A stretch of DNA of 64,000 nt from positions 1,364,001 to 1,428,000 of the forward strand of contig VJWM01000025.1 of the NCBI GenBank assembly GCA_010909165.1. The letters run 5' to 3'. The stretch comes from Anthoceros angustus (taxonomy: Eukaryota; Plantae; Anthocerotophyta). Positions 50,784 through 63,049 of this stretch are shown here, piece by piece. A model generated the notes under the pieces. The model made no database searches and had not been told where the DNA came from. It saw nothing but the letters and a program-made list of their open reading frames with translations. The position numbers and the translations under genes are program-made. Positions within the stretch are counted from its first letter, which is position 1. Every line of letters starts with the position of its first letter.

Positions 50784-53700
50784 TCGTGGGCGCCACCGAT
50801 GGCTACCGGCGCATAACAATCCGGTCGTTGTAGGAAGAAGTCCGCTCCAAGGGAATGATAGGCTCCGCTGCCGTTTGTGATTCTACTCACTTTGCGCCTG
50901 CTCACTCAACGCACACATACGCCTAACCGCAACGCTCACCGACAGTCTTGTGAGATGGCTAAACGCTTAGGGACCTGTCAGATCGCTCACATTCGCCACT
51001 CACACTCCTTTCCTCTCTCCACTCACGCCACACTCATCGCCTTAGAAAGACGCTGGTTACACGACCTCCTCCGCTGCTCCGCTGGCCTCTCCGTCCGGCT
51101 CAGACGCCTCCCGAGTTCCTCCGCCCACACGCCCACCGCTCGGCCGGGTCGCTGCTCGACGAGCACGGGTCACCGCCACCCTTCCCCGCACACACCACAA
51201 CACGCTAGGTCCGCCACCGTGACCCCGATCAATCTCCCGAGCGCCGTGCTCGCTGACTCAGACTCACGCTAGCAAGAAGACACACAAAGGTCTCGCAAGA
51301 ACGCGCATCAACACCAAGAGAAAGATGATTTATTCTGTAGCGCCTTAGCCCTCTTATACGCACGCCAAGGTCCGCCTTTATTACACCTCTATTCGAGCCG
51401 AGGGCCACCGTGCCCTAACCGCCTACTATCCTCCCTATTCCGCCTATCGCCTGGTGGTGGGCTGGATGGCCCCCGATTCCTTCTTGGCACCGCGGCCCAA
51501 AGCCGAGCCCCCGCCGGGCGCACCTAATCGGATGATCCGCGAGGCGGACCCTTCCTCTTCCCGAGGGTCTGCTGCCGCGCCACCGGCGGCTCGACAACGC
51601 GGCCACCACCAAGTCTTCCTCGCCTCCCTCTCTCTCTCTCCGGCCTCGCAGCGGGCCTCCAAGGGCTGGATCTCTGGGCCAGGACCGTGGCTCTCCACTC
51701 CCGAGTTTGGACCTCGTGACTGCCTCGACCGAGTCCGGACCTCTAGGTCCGGCTTCCTCCGGGTCCGGCCTCCGCCCGGCCTGAGTCCGGCCCCTGGGTC
51801 CCCTCGGGGTCCTGACCCAACCTCGGGTCCGGACCTCGTGGTCCTCTGGCCACTAGAGTCGATCCCTAAGTCCAGATCAGGGGCCGGACCTGATCCGCCT
51901 TTCTGAGTCCGGACAAAGTCCGACCTCGTGCCCCCGGCATGCCTCCTCACCGGCTGGTCACGGGTTCATCCATCGAGCCTCCCTTGGTTCCCGAATGCCC
52001 GCTGCACCCTTTCCCTTCCTCCAAGATCCTCCCTCTTCCTTCCATGCGAGGGTGCCGAGTGCTTACCTCCGCAGGCGACCTTCCTCCTCCCGCCTCCCGC
52101 CGCTTCCTCCTCGCCGGCCATCAAACAGCCCTAGGACTCCTGCAGGCCGTCCCGGTCCGTCCTCGCCTCCTTCCATCCTTCCGAAGTCCACCTCCCGCCT
52201 AGGGTGGCGCAGACCTCCAGCCTTGAGGAGCTCGCGTGGTAGGCGGTCGGAATCGACTTGCCAATCGCCTCCTCCACATGAGCCCGAGCACCCAGATTCT
52301 CCTCCAGGTGCTCCGAATCGAGCGCACCTCACCGCCTGCCTCCGCGGGCCAGCCGGACTTTGAGGCCAAGGCCGCCTACCTCTTGCAACCTTCGCCGCCG
52401 ACGCCTCTCCTCCCTGTTGTTCCACCTCCGCTTATGGGCCATGGAGCCGAGCCCTTCTCGCTTCTCGCAACCGGACGAGCAAGCTTGCCTCTCCTCCGTG
52501 CTTTCTTCCCTCTCTATTCTTTCCGGAGGTCCTCCACTTCCTTCTCCAGCGGGCGCAGATCCCCGTCCGACTCGGCTTCCTCCACATCCGCCGCAACCTT
52601 GCGACGCCGAACTCCTTGCACCGCCGCCATTCTCCTCCGTTTCAAGCGGAGCTGAGGCTACCTCTCGTCAAGTCTTGGATTCTCGCTGAGAACCCCCGCC
52701 GCTCCGATGCATCTTGGAGTTGCAACCCAAGGTGTCCTTGTTGTCCTCCAGCCTCCGCCGCCGCCTCTTCTACCTCCCGCACTGCACTCGAGGTCCCCAA
52801 TCTCCTCCGGCCTCCGCTCCCTCACTGCCGACTGCGGTTCCCGCCACTTGCTCGGCCTTCGATTGGCTGGCTCTCCGCCTCCTCCACCGGCCCGATCACG
52901 CCGAGTGATCGCGATCGCCTCGCCGTGGCCTCCGCCTCCTGGCCACCTTCACCGAGCCTCCGCCTTGGCTCGTCCCGGCCGCCTCCGCTGATCCCGCCTG
53001 CTCGCTGCGCCCGGCCCTTCTCGCCGGCCACGCCTCGCAGAGGTCCTCCGCCCGCTGGGCCTCTCCGCTCACTGCCTCCTCCTGAAGGAATTTGGTCCGG
53101 CCCTGCGGATGGACCAGACCTCCTCTCCGCCTGCTTCCTTCCTCAATCCGCCGAGAGCTTCGCCTTCCTTCTCGCCTCCTGGCCCCTCCAACCGCCTCCC
53201 GGAGGAGTACCATGCGCCCGGTGGCTTCCACCTCCGGGTCTTCGGCCATCCCGCAGACCAGAGCATACCGTCCATGAGCCAGACCGCCTGTGTTTCTTCC
53301 ACGGCCGGGTGAGGCTCCCACAAAGTCCGAGTGAGCCGATCTCGCCAAGGACCTCCATACCAGCCCCGAGTAAGTCCGGACGGGTTCTCGACCCAATCAG
53401 ACCCTTAGGTCCCGAGGCCGAGCTCGAGCTCCTTGGCCCTTTTGGTCAGCTCCTTCTCCGCCTCTTTCTCCCGGGCTCAGGAGGTGATGGAGTCCGGAGC
53501 ACGCCTTTTGCCCTTCCGCCGGGCGACGGCCCGATGCGCCGCCGCCGCTGTCCTCGCCTCGCGCGCCCTTTCTCGCCTCCCATCGCTTCCTCCGCTTGCC
53601 ACCCGCGGGGAAGAGGTACTGCACCGACCGGGTGCCGCGCTGGTAGCCGTGGTCTTGCGCCTTCGGCCTCGGTCCGGGCTCACCGAGTGATGGCCGGGCG

Positions 53701-55165
53701 GCTGGCCTGGGCCGCCTCGCTGATCGGGCCGCCGTTGGGGCAGAGGAGGGAGGGGAATTGCTTCCCATACCGGTGGTGAGGGGTCCGCTCCACGATGGAG
53801 TCCGAATCCTCCGCTGCCCTCCTCCCGAGTCCGCTTGGTCGACGACCGGCCTCCCTCCCCCGCCTTGCCTCCACTTCCCAGGGCCTCCAGCCCTTTCCCG
53901 AGCCAAGCCTCCTTCCTGAGGAGTTCAAATGCCCCATACATGGATCGTGCATGGGGATGCCTGATGGCTAAGGCCCCGAGCTATGAGCCTCGCTAAACCG
54001 GCGAAGATAATCCTTCCCCGCCTTCTTCCCCGCAGTGTGAATAATACTAGATTATCACCAAGGTGATCCACCTTGGTGAGTAGGTTCCAGGACAATGATC
54101 CGCCACCGCCTTACTCGACGTCAACAGCCTGGATATCGCCCAACCGCTGGTGGTCCGCTGCCCTGTGCCTTAGCATCGCCGCCGTGGTCGGCCCTATCTT
54201 CCCTTCGCCTTGAGGGGCCCGCACCACTCCCCTTCCTCCTTGGGCTAGGCCTCAGACCTCCAAGGTCCATCGCCTTGGTCCTCCCGGAGGTTCTTGACCG
54301 CACCTCCTTATTGACCGCCAAGATCTTCCGCAAACTCCCGACCAGAGTGACACTATCAAATGTCCGCACTATCCGAACACATCCAAATGCCACTCCCGCA
54401 CTCCTCCCGCCTCGGAGCTGAGCCCAAAGTCCGGATAGCGCCGGTCACAATGTTGCGCCCACAAGGTTCCATGGCTCCCAAACTTCCGCTGGCTTTTGGG
54501 TGCCATCGCCTTCTCCTCCCTTGGTTGCCGAGCTTGTCAGACCGCCGGGCACGCTGCGCCTTCGCCGCTGCTCACGCCCGACCTCAACGGTGAGCCGCCA
54601 AGGCCAAGACGTCGAGTGTCCCACGAGATACCGCCAGAGCCGGATCGGAGCGCAAGAGATCGCGAGAATTGTCTCGAGGTCGAAAATGACCTTCTTCCGC
54701 GACCACGCCGGAGTAACTCCTGGGCGGGAGGGCGCTTCTCGTCTGTGAATCGCTGAGGTCCGCATGGCTTACTCGCCCTTACGCGCCGCTGCCACGACTG
54801 CCCACGCTGCCAGCAGCCTGCGTGAATACCGCTATAACGGCCTCGCAAGGTTACGGCCCGACCGCAGATGCCCGCCTCCACCTGTGGTCGCCCACGTGGC
54901 CGCTTAGTCCGCCCACGCCCAACTCTAAGTTACTTTCCGCGATTTATCCCGCCTCGGTCCGGAGTGGGTCCGGACTTATCCTGCTACCCGCGCCATCGTA
55001 GGCCTAGGTACGCTCTCACTCCGAGTCCGAGTATACTCCGGAGTGCCATCCGGAGTGCTAACCGTGCTTATTTCCCCCTTTCTCGCCTCATTTTATCCTT
55101 TACTCCTACAAAAAAAACAAAACCCTACCTAATTTCTAACCCCCCAGGGAAGTCCGTAGTCCACA
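50784..55165 (-). mobile_element. Element Z: 4.4-kb GC-rich solo-LTR-like insert in the Copia D RT
   Basis: Ends T(C)GTGG..CCACA with CGAG(C)/TGAGC flanks. Removing it restores Copia DEVDRELMSMVPY. On the minus strand, TATAAG (51358-51353) is followed by AATAAA (51334-51329). No gag/pol. Confidence 0.7.
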
Positions 55166-56408
55166 TGAGCTTATGAGCATGGTGCCCTATAGGCACGCTG
55201 TTGGGTGCCTCAACTACATTAGTTGCTGGACACGGCCGGACATTCAACACTTGGCCAGTGCTGTTTCGCAATTCCTTGAGGATCCAGGCCAGACTCACTG
55301 GGTTGCAGTCAAGAGAATTCTGCGTAACCTTAAGGGTACTTCCACACTTGGACTCTGCTTCCGAGGCATAGATGAGACTGTTAGCTTGCAGGGTTATTGT
55401 GATGCGGACTGGGCGACAGATCCAGATCAAAGACGCAGCATCTCTGCTTATTGCTTCCTCCTATCTGGAGCAGCTGTCAACTGGAGCTCAAAGAAACAAG
55501 TTTCAGTAGCACTCTCCTCAACGGAAGCGGAATATAAAGCTCTAACAGATTCAGCAAAAGAGGCCGAGTGGGAACGCACTTTCCTTGCTGGCTTGAACTT
55601 TACACAGAAGATCCCTACCACCACCTATTGTGACAACATGCTCACTATTGCCCTGGTTGGGAATCCCCGCTTCCACGCACGCACGAAGCACATAGAAATC
55701 CACCATCACATTGTGAGGCACTCAGTGGAGCGGAAGGTTGTTAGCATCGAGCATATCCCTACAGAGGTGAACACGGCAGACATCCTCACAAAAGTCTCAC
55801 CCCACGCTCACACAATTTTCATGAAGCCACAGGCTTGTGTCTAACCCCTACCCGCCACCTCTTCTCTGCACTATTAGGGTGGAGCGATATTTGATCCGTG
55901 GATGAAGCTCGGATCGCCTGCTCTGTCACGGGATTACTCGTCCTCAAGGCGCAAGCGACCAAGCGCTTCTTCAATCCTTCTTCTCTTGCAGTCTTGGGCG
56001 TTGGGGCCTTCACCCCATGACGATGGCGATCCTCGCCTCACGCTGATCGAGCATTGCATAGCTTGCCGCTTCCGTTGCTCGTGTCGCCGCTGGTCTCTCT
56101 TGGTCTTCTCTTATCGTTCCTTGGCGTGAGGGCACACCGTAATGGCCAAGGTGCACATATTCACCATCAGCAGAAGCGCGCCAGCCATCTTCGCACCTTC
56201 GTGTCCCCGTCTTTAGTCGCGTTTAACGCCTATCTCCTAACCAGTGTCGTGGTTAAGGGGGCGTGTTAAGATAACCCCCGTTAGGGTTATGTTTATATAA
56301 CCAGCGATCATGGTTAGTTTAGTTTAGGGTTAATATCCAAAGGACACTTAGGCTTGTATATAAGACATACTTTCTTATGTGTGTATTAATTCCTTTTTTG
56401 CTTGTGCT

Positions 56409-59400
56409 CATATATTTTGTCTGCTATGCCTAGCAACTTGCTCTCTTCACACGTTCGTGCCGAGGATTGCCGCTTGCCGCTTATGAGCTCGAGTCACCTT
56501 CGCCTACTCGGCTTCCTCGTGTGGACGCCTATGGGTACTTGTTCGAGATGGACGTTGAACATCCAAAGGCGGAACAGGAACTGCGCTTGCGCCTTATGAC
56601 AGCTATGGGTAAATGTCCCACGCTCAGATCAATCGAGCTCGACCTCTAGGGCGTCAAATTGACGAGTGGTGGCAGGCGACGGTGTTCTTGGAAGGTCTTA
56701 ACTCGAATGCAGTAGTGGAATTGCTGGATTTGTGAGGGTACCGTGGGTTTGGAACAGGTGGAGTCTACATTGCACTGGCAGCTACCTTGCAATCGAGCCG
56801 CACCTTGCAAATTCTTAGTATGGAATGCACTGGCATGACTGTCGATGGACTGGGTCGCATAGCTGCAGCCCTGCAAGAGAATGCCTGGTGCTCCGCGGCT
56901 TGCTCTTTCTGGGAACCCGACCATAGGAGAAAGTGCCCGCAGCTTGTATCTTCTGGAGACACTCTAGTGGAAGGTGCTGGAGCAGACCACCTGGCTGACA
57001 TCCTGACTAGCACTCCCTTCGCGACCTGATTTCCCGATAGGCATGGATGAGGCGGGAGCATTGAAGATAGGGAATGCTCTGGCTCAAAACACCACGCTTG
57101 ACCACACATAGGATTTAACCGAAGTAAGCCAAAGCAGGGATAACGGCCATGCTGTTGGCCCGATCATTGACCCTGGTATGCAGGACGCAGAGCAGGAGGC
57201 TGGGAGTGTTCCCCAAGCCTCTTTCTGCCAACGAGTCTGTCAGACACCTCCAGACATATTTGGACCGGCCACGGGCCCATCGACGCTTCATTGGGAGAAG
57301 CTGTGCATGCATGCTGCGCGCCAACACCACTTTAACGCATTTCCAGCTATCTAGCTGTCTCATAAGCCAGGGATTGAGGACTGTGTGACAACAGCAGCAT
57401 CACTCGTGTGACAGTCCGACAGAATTACTCTAGCCATAACGACGACTACTTCAAACTGATGCCAATCCTGCAGAGGTGCCAGTTCGAAAAGTTTGCACCT
57501 GGTTCAGGAGCGGATCGTGCAACCTCTCGAAGATGTTTTCAGGTCGTTGCAGACCAATCGCTACCTCAAGAGTTGGTATTGGATGACTGGAAGGGTTGGA
57601 TGACGATATGTTTCGAGAGCTCATGCACTGCAGGTGAACACCAATCTGGAGCGTATATCTTTCGAAAACACTGCGTGGAAAAAGACAGGGAAAGGTGCTG
57701 CAGTGGATGAAGTGCTGCGGCAAAACAGGAATATAGAAGAGCTCTGGCAGGAATTCCCACAATGCCCGTCAAATCATGTCGCCTTGTACTTTGTGGATTT
57801 CCATACGCAGGTAAGCGGCATAGGGCATGTTGAATGTAGAGCGAGTGACGTGTATTGATATTGCTCATATCTCCGTACCGGTTAGGAATGATCACTAAAA
57901 TGATTTTGTTGCAGGCAAAACGACCATAAGAAACACTTTGATGAAGATGGAGACACATGAAGACTATGCTGAAATGGAACGCGAAACAATTTCGGAAGAG
58001 ATACCTCGAACACTTGGATTTGAAGTGAAGGTGATAAAAGATGCTCCGCATTAAGGATTACAATTTGGGACCTTGCAGGCCATAGAGTATCACGCGCTTC
58101 ATGATTTTGTTTTTCCTAATGTTAATAATTCTTCTGTCTTCTTATTTGTTACAATCCATTCAAGTTCGGTGGGAATTTTCAACCATGGATATGAAGGATA
58201 GAAAAGATTTGTGGAAGAATTTATTTATTGGTTAAAATTTATTGCTTCCAATGCGATTGGGTCAATAGGTGAAACCTTATGTACATGTAATCGTAACATT
58301 TGGTGACAAGCTTCAAGGGATAAGCATTCTTGTTGCAATATGTGAAGAGATGTTATTGGTGAAGAAAAGTTTAAAATTTGGTGGAGTTATCGTATGAACC
58401 TACTTTTATCAATGGACAAAGTTGGGAAGATGTGTATGCATTGGGCACTAGTATGGAGAAGAAGTTGCATCGAGTTGTTAGTAAGTTGGCCCAGTTCCCA
58501 ATATTTGTGAGCAAACAAGGATACATGTACAAAGGTGGGCTGAAGACCAACAAGGTACCCCAATCATTTCTATTGACAAGTTTAGTGAGTTATTCCATAA
58601 CACATGTAAGGTGGCATTAGAGCATCCACATTTCGGAGGATTATAAAAGATTTCTTTTGGATTTCATGGTAAAGGAGGATAGTTGGAAAGTGGTTGCATC
58701 CTTAAGGATTCCGGGAGATCATATATTTGTCTGCTATGCCTAGCAACTTGCTCTCTCACACGTGTCCGAGGAGCCGCTTGCCCTGCTGCGGAGCTCGAGT
58801 CACCTTCGCCTACTCTCTCGTCGGTTCCTCGTGGACGCCTATGGGTACTTGTTCGAGATGGACGTTGAACATCCAAAGGCGGAACAGGAACTGCGCTTGC
58901 GCCTTATGACAGCTATGGGTAAATGTCCCACGCTCAGATCAATCGAGCTCGACCTCTAGGGCGTCAAATTGCAGTGACGTGGCAGAGGCGACGGCGTTCT
59001 TGGAAGGTCTTAACTCGAATGCAGTAGTGGAATTGCTGGATTTGAGTACCGTGGGTTTGGAACAGGTGGAGCCTGCATTGCACTGGCAGCTACCTTGCGA
59101 TCGAGCCGCACCTTGCAATCTTAGTATGGAATGCACTGGCATGACTGTCGATGGACTGGGTCGCATAGCTGCAGCCCTGCAAGAGAATAGCAGCTCAGTG
59201 CTCCGCAGCTTGCATCTTTCTGGGAACCCGACCATAGAAGAAAGTGCCCGCATCTTGTATCTTTCTGGAGACACTCAAGTGGAAGGTGCTGGAGCAGACC
59301 ACCTAGCTGACATCCTGACTAGCACTCCCTCCCTTCGCTACCTGGGGATTTCCGATATAGGCATGGATGAGGCGGGAGCATTGAAGATAGGGAATGCTTT

Positions 59401-61052
59401 GGCATAAAACACCACGCTTAACCGACTACGGATAGGATTTAACCGACGTAAGCCAAAGCAGGCAGGGATAACGGCCATGCTGTTGGCCCGATCATTGACC
59501 CCCGGTGTGCAGGACGCAGAGCAGGAGGCTGGGAGTGTTGCTCCCAAGCCTCTTTCTGCCAACGAGTCTGTCAGACACCTCCGGCTAGACATATTTGGAC
59601 CTGGCCACGGGCCCATCGACGCTTCATTGGGAGAAGCTGTGGCCCGCATGCGCGCCAACACCACTTTAACGCATTTCAGCTATCTAGCTGTCTCAAGCCA
59701 GGGATTGGGACTGTGTGACAACAGCAGCATCACTCTTGTGACAGTCCGACAGAATTACTCTAGCCATAACGACGACTACTTCAAACTGATGCCAATCCTG
59801 CAGAGGTGCCAGTTCGTGAAAAGTTTGCACCTGGTTCAGGAGCGTGCGGATCGTGCAACCTCTCGAAGATGTTTTTGCAGACCAATCGCTACCTCAAGAC
59901 GTTGGTATTGGATGACTGGAAGGGGTTGGATGACGATATGTTTCGAGAGCTCATGCAGACTGCAGGTGAACACCAATCTGGAGCGTATATCTTTCGAAAA
60001 CACTGCGTGGAAAGACAGGGAAAGGTGCTGCAGTGGATGAAGTGCTGCGGCAAAACAGGGAATATAGAAGAGCTCTGGCAGGAATTCCCACAATGCCCGT
60101 CAAATCATGTCGCCTTGTACTTTGTGGATTTCCATACGCAGGCATAGGGCATGTTGAATGTAGAGCGAGTGACGTGTATTCATATTGCTCATATCTCCGT
60201 ACCGGTTAGGAATGATCACTAAAATGATTTTGTTGCAGGCAAAACGACCATAAGAAACACTTTGATGATGATGGAGACACATGAAGACTATGCTGAAATA
60301 ACAATTTCGGAAGAGATACCTCGAACACTTGGATTTGAAGTGAAGGTGATAAAAGATGCTCCCGCATTAAGGATTACAATTTGGGACCTTGCAGGCCATA
60401 GAGTATCACGCGCTTCATGATTTTGTTTTTCCTAATGTTAATAATTCTTCTGTCTTCTTATTTGTTTACAATCCATTCAAGTTCGTGGGAATTTTCAACC
60501 ATGGATATGAAGGATAGAAAAGATTTAGGAAGAAGAATTTATTTATTGGTTAAAATTTATTGCTTCCAATTGGACAATAAAACAAACCTTATGTGCATGT
60601 AATCGTAACATTTGGTGACAAGCTTCAAGGGGATAAGCATCTTGTTGCAATATGTGAAGAGATGATATTGGTGAAGAATAAGTTTATGAATTTGGTGGAG
60701 TTATCGTATGAACCTACTTTTATCAATGGACAAAGTTGGGAAGATGTGTATCCATTGGGCACTAGTATGGACAAGAAGTTGCATCAAGTTGTTAGTAAGT
60801 TGGCCCCAGTTCCCAATATTTGTGAGCAAACAAGGATACATGTACAAAGGTGGGCTGAAGACCAACAAGGTACCCCAATCATTTCTATTGACAAGTTTAG
60901 TGAGGTATTCCATAACACATGTAAGGTGGCATTAGAGCATCCTCACATTTCGGAGGATTATAAAAGATTTCTTTTGGATTTCATGGTAAAGGAGGATAGT
61001 TGGAAAGTGGTTGCATCGTACCTTAAGGATTCCAGGGAGATCATATATTTTG
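56409..61052. repeat. About 2.3-kb tandem duplication of the LRR-Roc-early COR region
   Basis: Units start at 56409 and 58720. The junction motif CATATATTT(T)G occurs at 56409, 58720 and 61042. Confidence 0.9.
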
Positions 61053-62149
61053 AGATATCGGGGCTTGTGGTGCTTAACCTCCAATGGCTGGAAATGGGGG
61101 TTTTTGGTCAATTGATTGGAATATTTGGCGAACCTGGTGATGGATGAGATTGGCTTCAAAATGGGTTTATAAGCAAGTGTCGGTTGAGCAAGCTTCTAAA
61201 GATGTCTTTGAACAAGGTTGGGCTTGAAGAGACCATTGTGAGCGAAGAATAATTTATCCAACTCCTTCTTGAGTTACACCTTTGCTTGGGAAGTAGAGAT
61301 GGAGAAGATCAAGTGCGTTACTTTATACTAACATGCATGTATGGAGAAGAAGATATAGCAAGAGTAGACCGCCAACTAGAATGGCCTGCAAAGGATGATT
61401 CTACTGATTACATCTTTATCGGTTTGCGTTTACAATGTGATGATCAAGATTGCACATTTCTCACACCAGGATTTTTCCCTCGGTTGCAAGTATGTAACTC
61501 TTTCAAAGATGAATTTTTCCTTAGTCCTACTCGCAACAGTGGTTTTTGAATGTTTTCTGTTATTGACCACGTCTACATTGTTTTTGTCTATATGTGTGAT
61601 AGGTTTTATTGTACACCTATTGTTTGGAGAAAGGTTGGTTGATGAGGATGTTAGATGCATTGATTCGACCGTAAAGCTGCAGCCGAACATGCTTCTCATA
61701 TTTGCAGAGTTTCTTGATATCTTTGTAGAATTTAATGCAGAAATAGGTTGTTACATAAATATATTAGCTCGATCCACCCAAGGTTATTTGAGGTCCTTAT
61801 CGTTCTTGCAAGAGCATATTGTATCTCAAATTCGTTCATTTTGTGCTTATGAGGTTGTGCAGGGGTTACCTTAGTTGAAGGTGTCCCGAGGCGTGAATGT
61901 GTAGTGTCCCTCACGCCATGTAGACACAGAAACATCAGTGCATTCTGATAGATAAGCTTATCAAGGAAGTGGCTACTACAAAAGAAAAAGGCTATGCACA
62001 CTACACGCAGTCTTGGGGAGCTCTCTCCATCAGTACACAAGGTCCGCCACTTATTTTAAAGGCCAACAAGGAGTATGCAACCGTGGTAGATGGGCACGTC
62101 ATCTTGGGGCGAAAAAGGGATCTGGCTAGAGCCGAAGTAGAGTATGAAG
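56450..62149 (+). pseudogene. TORNADO1-like Roco gene (RI-type LRRs, Roc GTPase, COR) with an internal 2.3-kb duplication and several frame disruptions
   Basis: LRRs: LRSLHLSGN, LRYLGISDIGMDEAGALKIGNAL, NTTL, LKTLVLDDW. Roc: PVKSCRLVLCGFPYAG|KTT (intron 57811-57914), RTLGFEV, IWDLAG, EYHALHDFVFP, VTFGDK. COR: EIIYFEISGLVVLNLQW, RLQCDDQDCTFLTPGFFPRLQV, GVTLVEGVPRRECV. These parallel Arabidopsis TRN1 motifs. The N-terminus abuts a Copia LTR. Whether the lesions are biological or consensus errors is unresolved. Confidence 0.85.
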
Positions 62150-62217
62150 GTTAGTATTTCTGAACCATCTGAATGCGTTTGAATGTCCTGGTTTTCGAGA
62201 AGTAGTTGCTAGTAGGA

Positions 62218-62628
62218 TGGCTGCCAAATTTGTAGTATACATCGTTCCTTGCATGCTCTAAGGTTGCACTTGTTGTAGGATCGAAATCAAAAAGCGTCTT
62301 GGAACTCCTACAGCTATCTCGCAAGTGCAGGCAGTAGGGTGAGTCAACATGAGTGTTATCCTAATAAAGGTGGAAAGAAAATGGAGAGGTTTGGCAGTGA
62401 TTGTGAGCATAGAAGAGGATGACTGCCAAATTTGTAGTATACATTGTTCCTTGCATGCTCTGAGGTTGCACTTGTTGTAGGATCGAAATCAAAAACAGCT
62501 TCTGTCGGGAACTCCTACAGCTATCCCCGCAAGTGCAGGCAGTGCAGCGTTTTGCAGTGTTATCCTAATGACAGTGTGGCAGCAGGCAAATGGAGAGGTT
62601 TGGCAGTGATTGTGAGCATAGAAGAGGA
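62218..62628. repeat. Local tandem duplication of about 200 bp covering the intron end and start of the caspase exon
   Basis: CTGCCAAATTTGTAGTATAC..GAGCATAGAAGAGGA appears twice, with AG acceptors ending at 62278 and 62480. Confidence 0.85.
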
Positions 62629-63049
62629 CAGACCTGGTGGAGCTGTCGACCGAGGGCAACTTGAACCTCTTCTCAAGAATTTGAAGTTCCATACTGATAT
62701 AGTGGTGAACCAATCTGAGAACGTCAAAGCTTATCTTAGGAGACTTGCCAAGCTCCCTATCCTGGCTAACGACGATTGCTTTCTGTGTTGCATTAATGCT
62801 CATGGGGGGATCGATGAAAATGGACGAGATTACATCCTCATAAGTGGAGCAGGTGGGGAGAAGCTATATGTTGATAATGATATCTTGAAGCCCATCTCTG
62901 AATCCAGGTATCTTGCAAACAAGCATAAGGTCTTTGTGATCAATGCTTGTCGAGGAAGTGGCAGCCTTATAACAATCAAGAAAGCCGAGGACTCTGAAGT
63001 TGAGAAGAGCCAAGTGGTGAGCAAGAGAGCCGGAGAAGTCCGAGCCCTG
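62481..63049 (+). CDS. Caspase-type (peptidase C14) p20 domain exon
   Basis: Open frame: WRGLAVIVSIEEDRPGGAVDRGQLEPLLKNLKF..DDCFLCCINAHGG..KHKVFVINACRG. Catalytic His codon at 62801-62803 and Cys codon at 62948-62950. Confidence 0.88.

Larger units (their letters stand above)
41866..56450 (+). mobile_element. Copia element D, 5'-truncated, split by four insertions. Segments 41866-43087, 46703-47243, 47802-48946, 50356-50783 and 55166-56450; gag-int part also at 32080-33309
   Basis: Gag IGALFQEEQTR, LWHARLGH, ELVHADI, LRSDNGTEF, VGYGEESKAYKLYDP, KSRLVARGF, LYVDD, PYRHAVG, ALSSTEAEY. PPT AAGGGGGCG precedes the LTR start TGTTAAG at 56264. The LTR end (about 56450) is approximate. Confidence 0.88.

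Noticed and set aside
50784-50800. TGGCGCCCAC on the minus strand as a tRNA-Lys PBS of element Z
   Set aside because: It sits at the very terminus with no internal domain following. It is better explained as the TGTGG/CCACA-type end.
51400-54900. Many long overlapping ORFs (up to 387 aa) on both strands
   Set aside because: Very high GC suppresses stop codons and the products are low-complexity Pro/Arg/Ser. All lie inside element Z; only the coiled-coil remnant was kept.
10200-56330. Scattered TTTAGGG/CCCTAAA motifs as interstitial telomere arrays
   Set aside because: They are single copies inside LTRs or the MITE, not tandem arrays.
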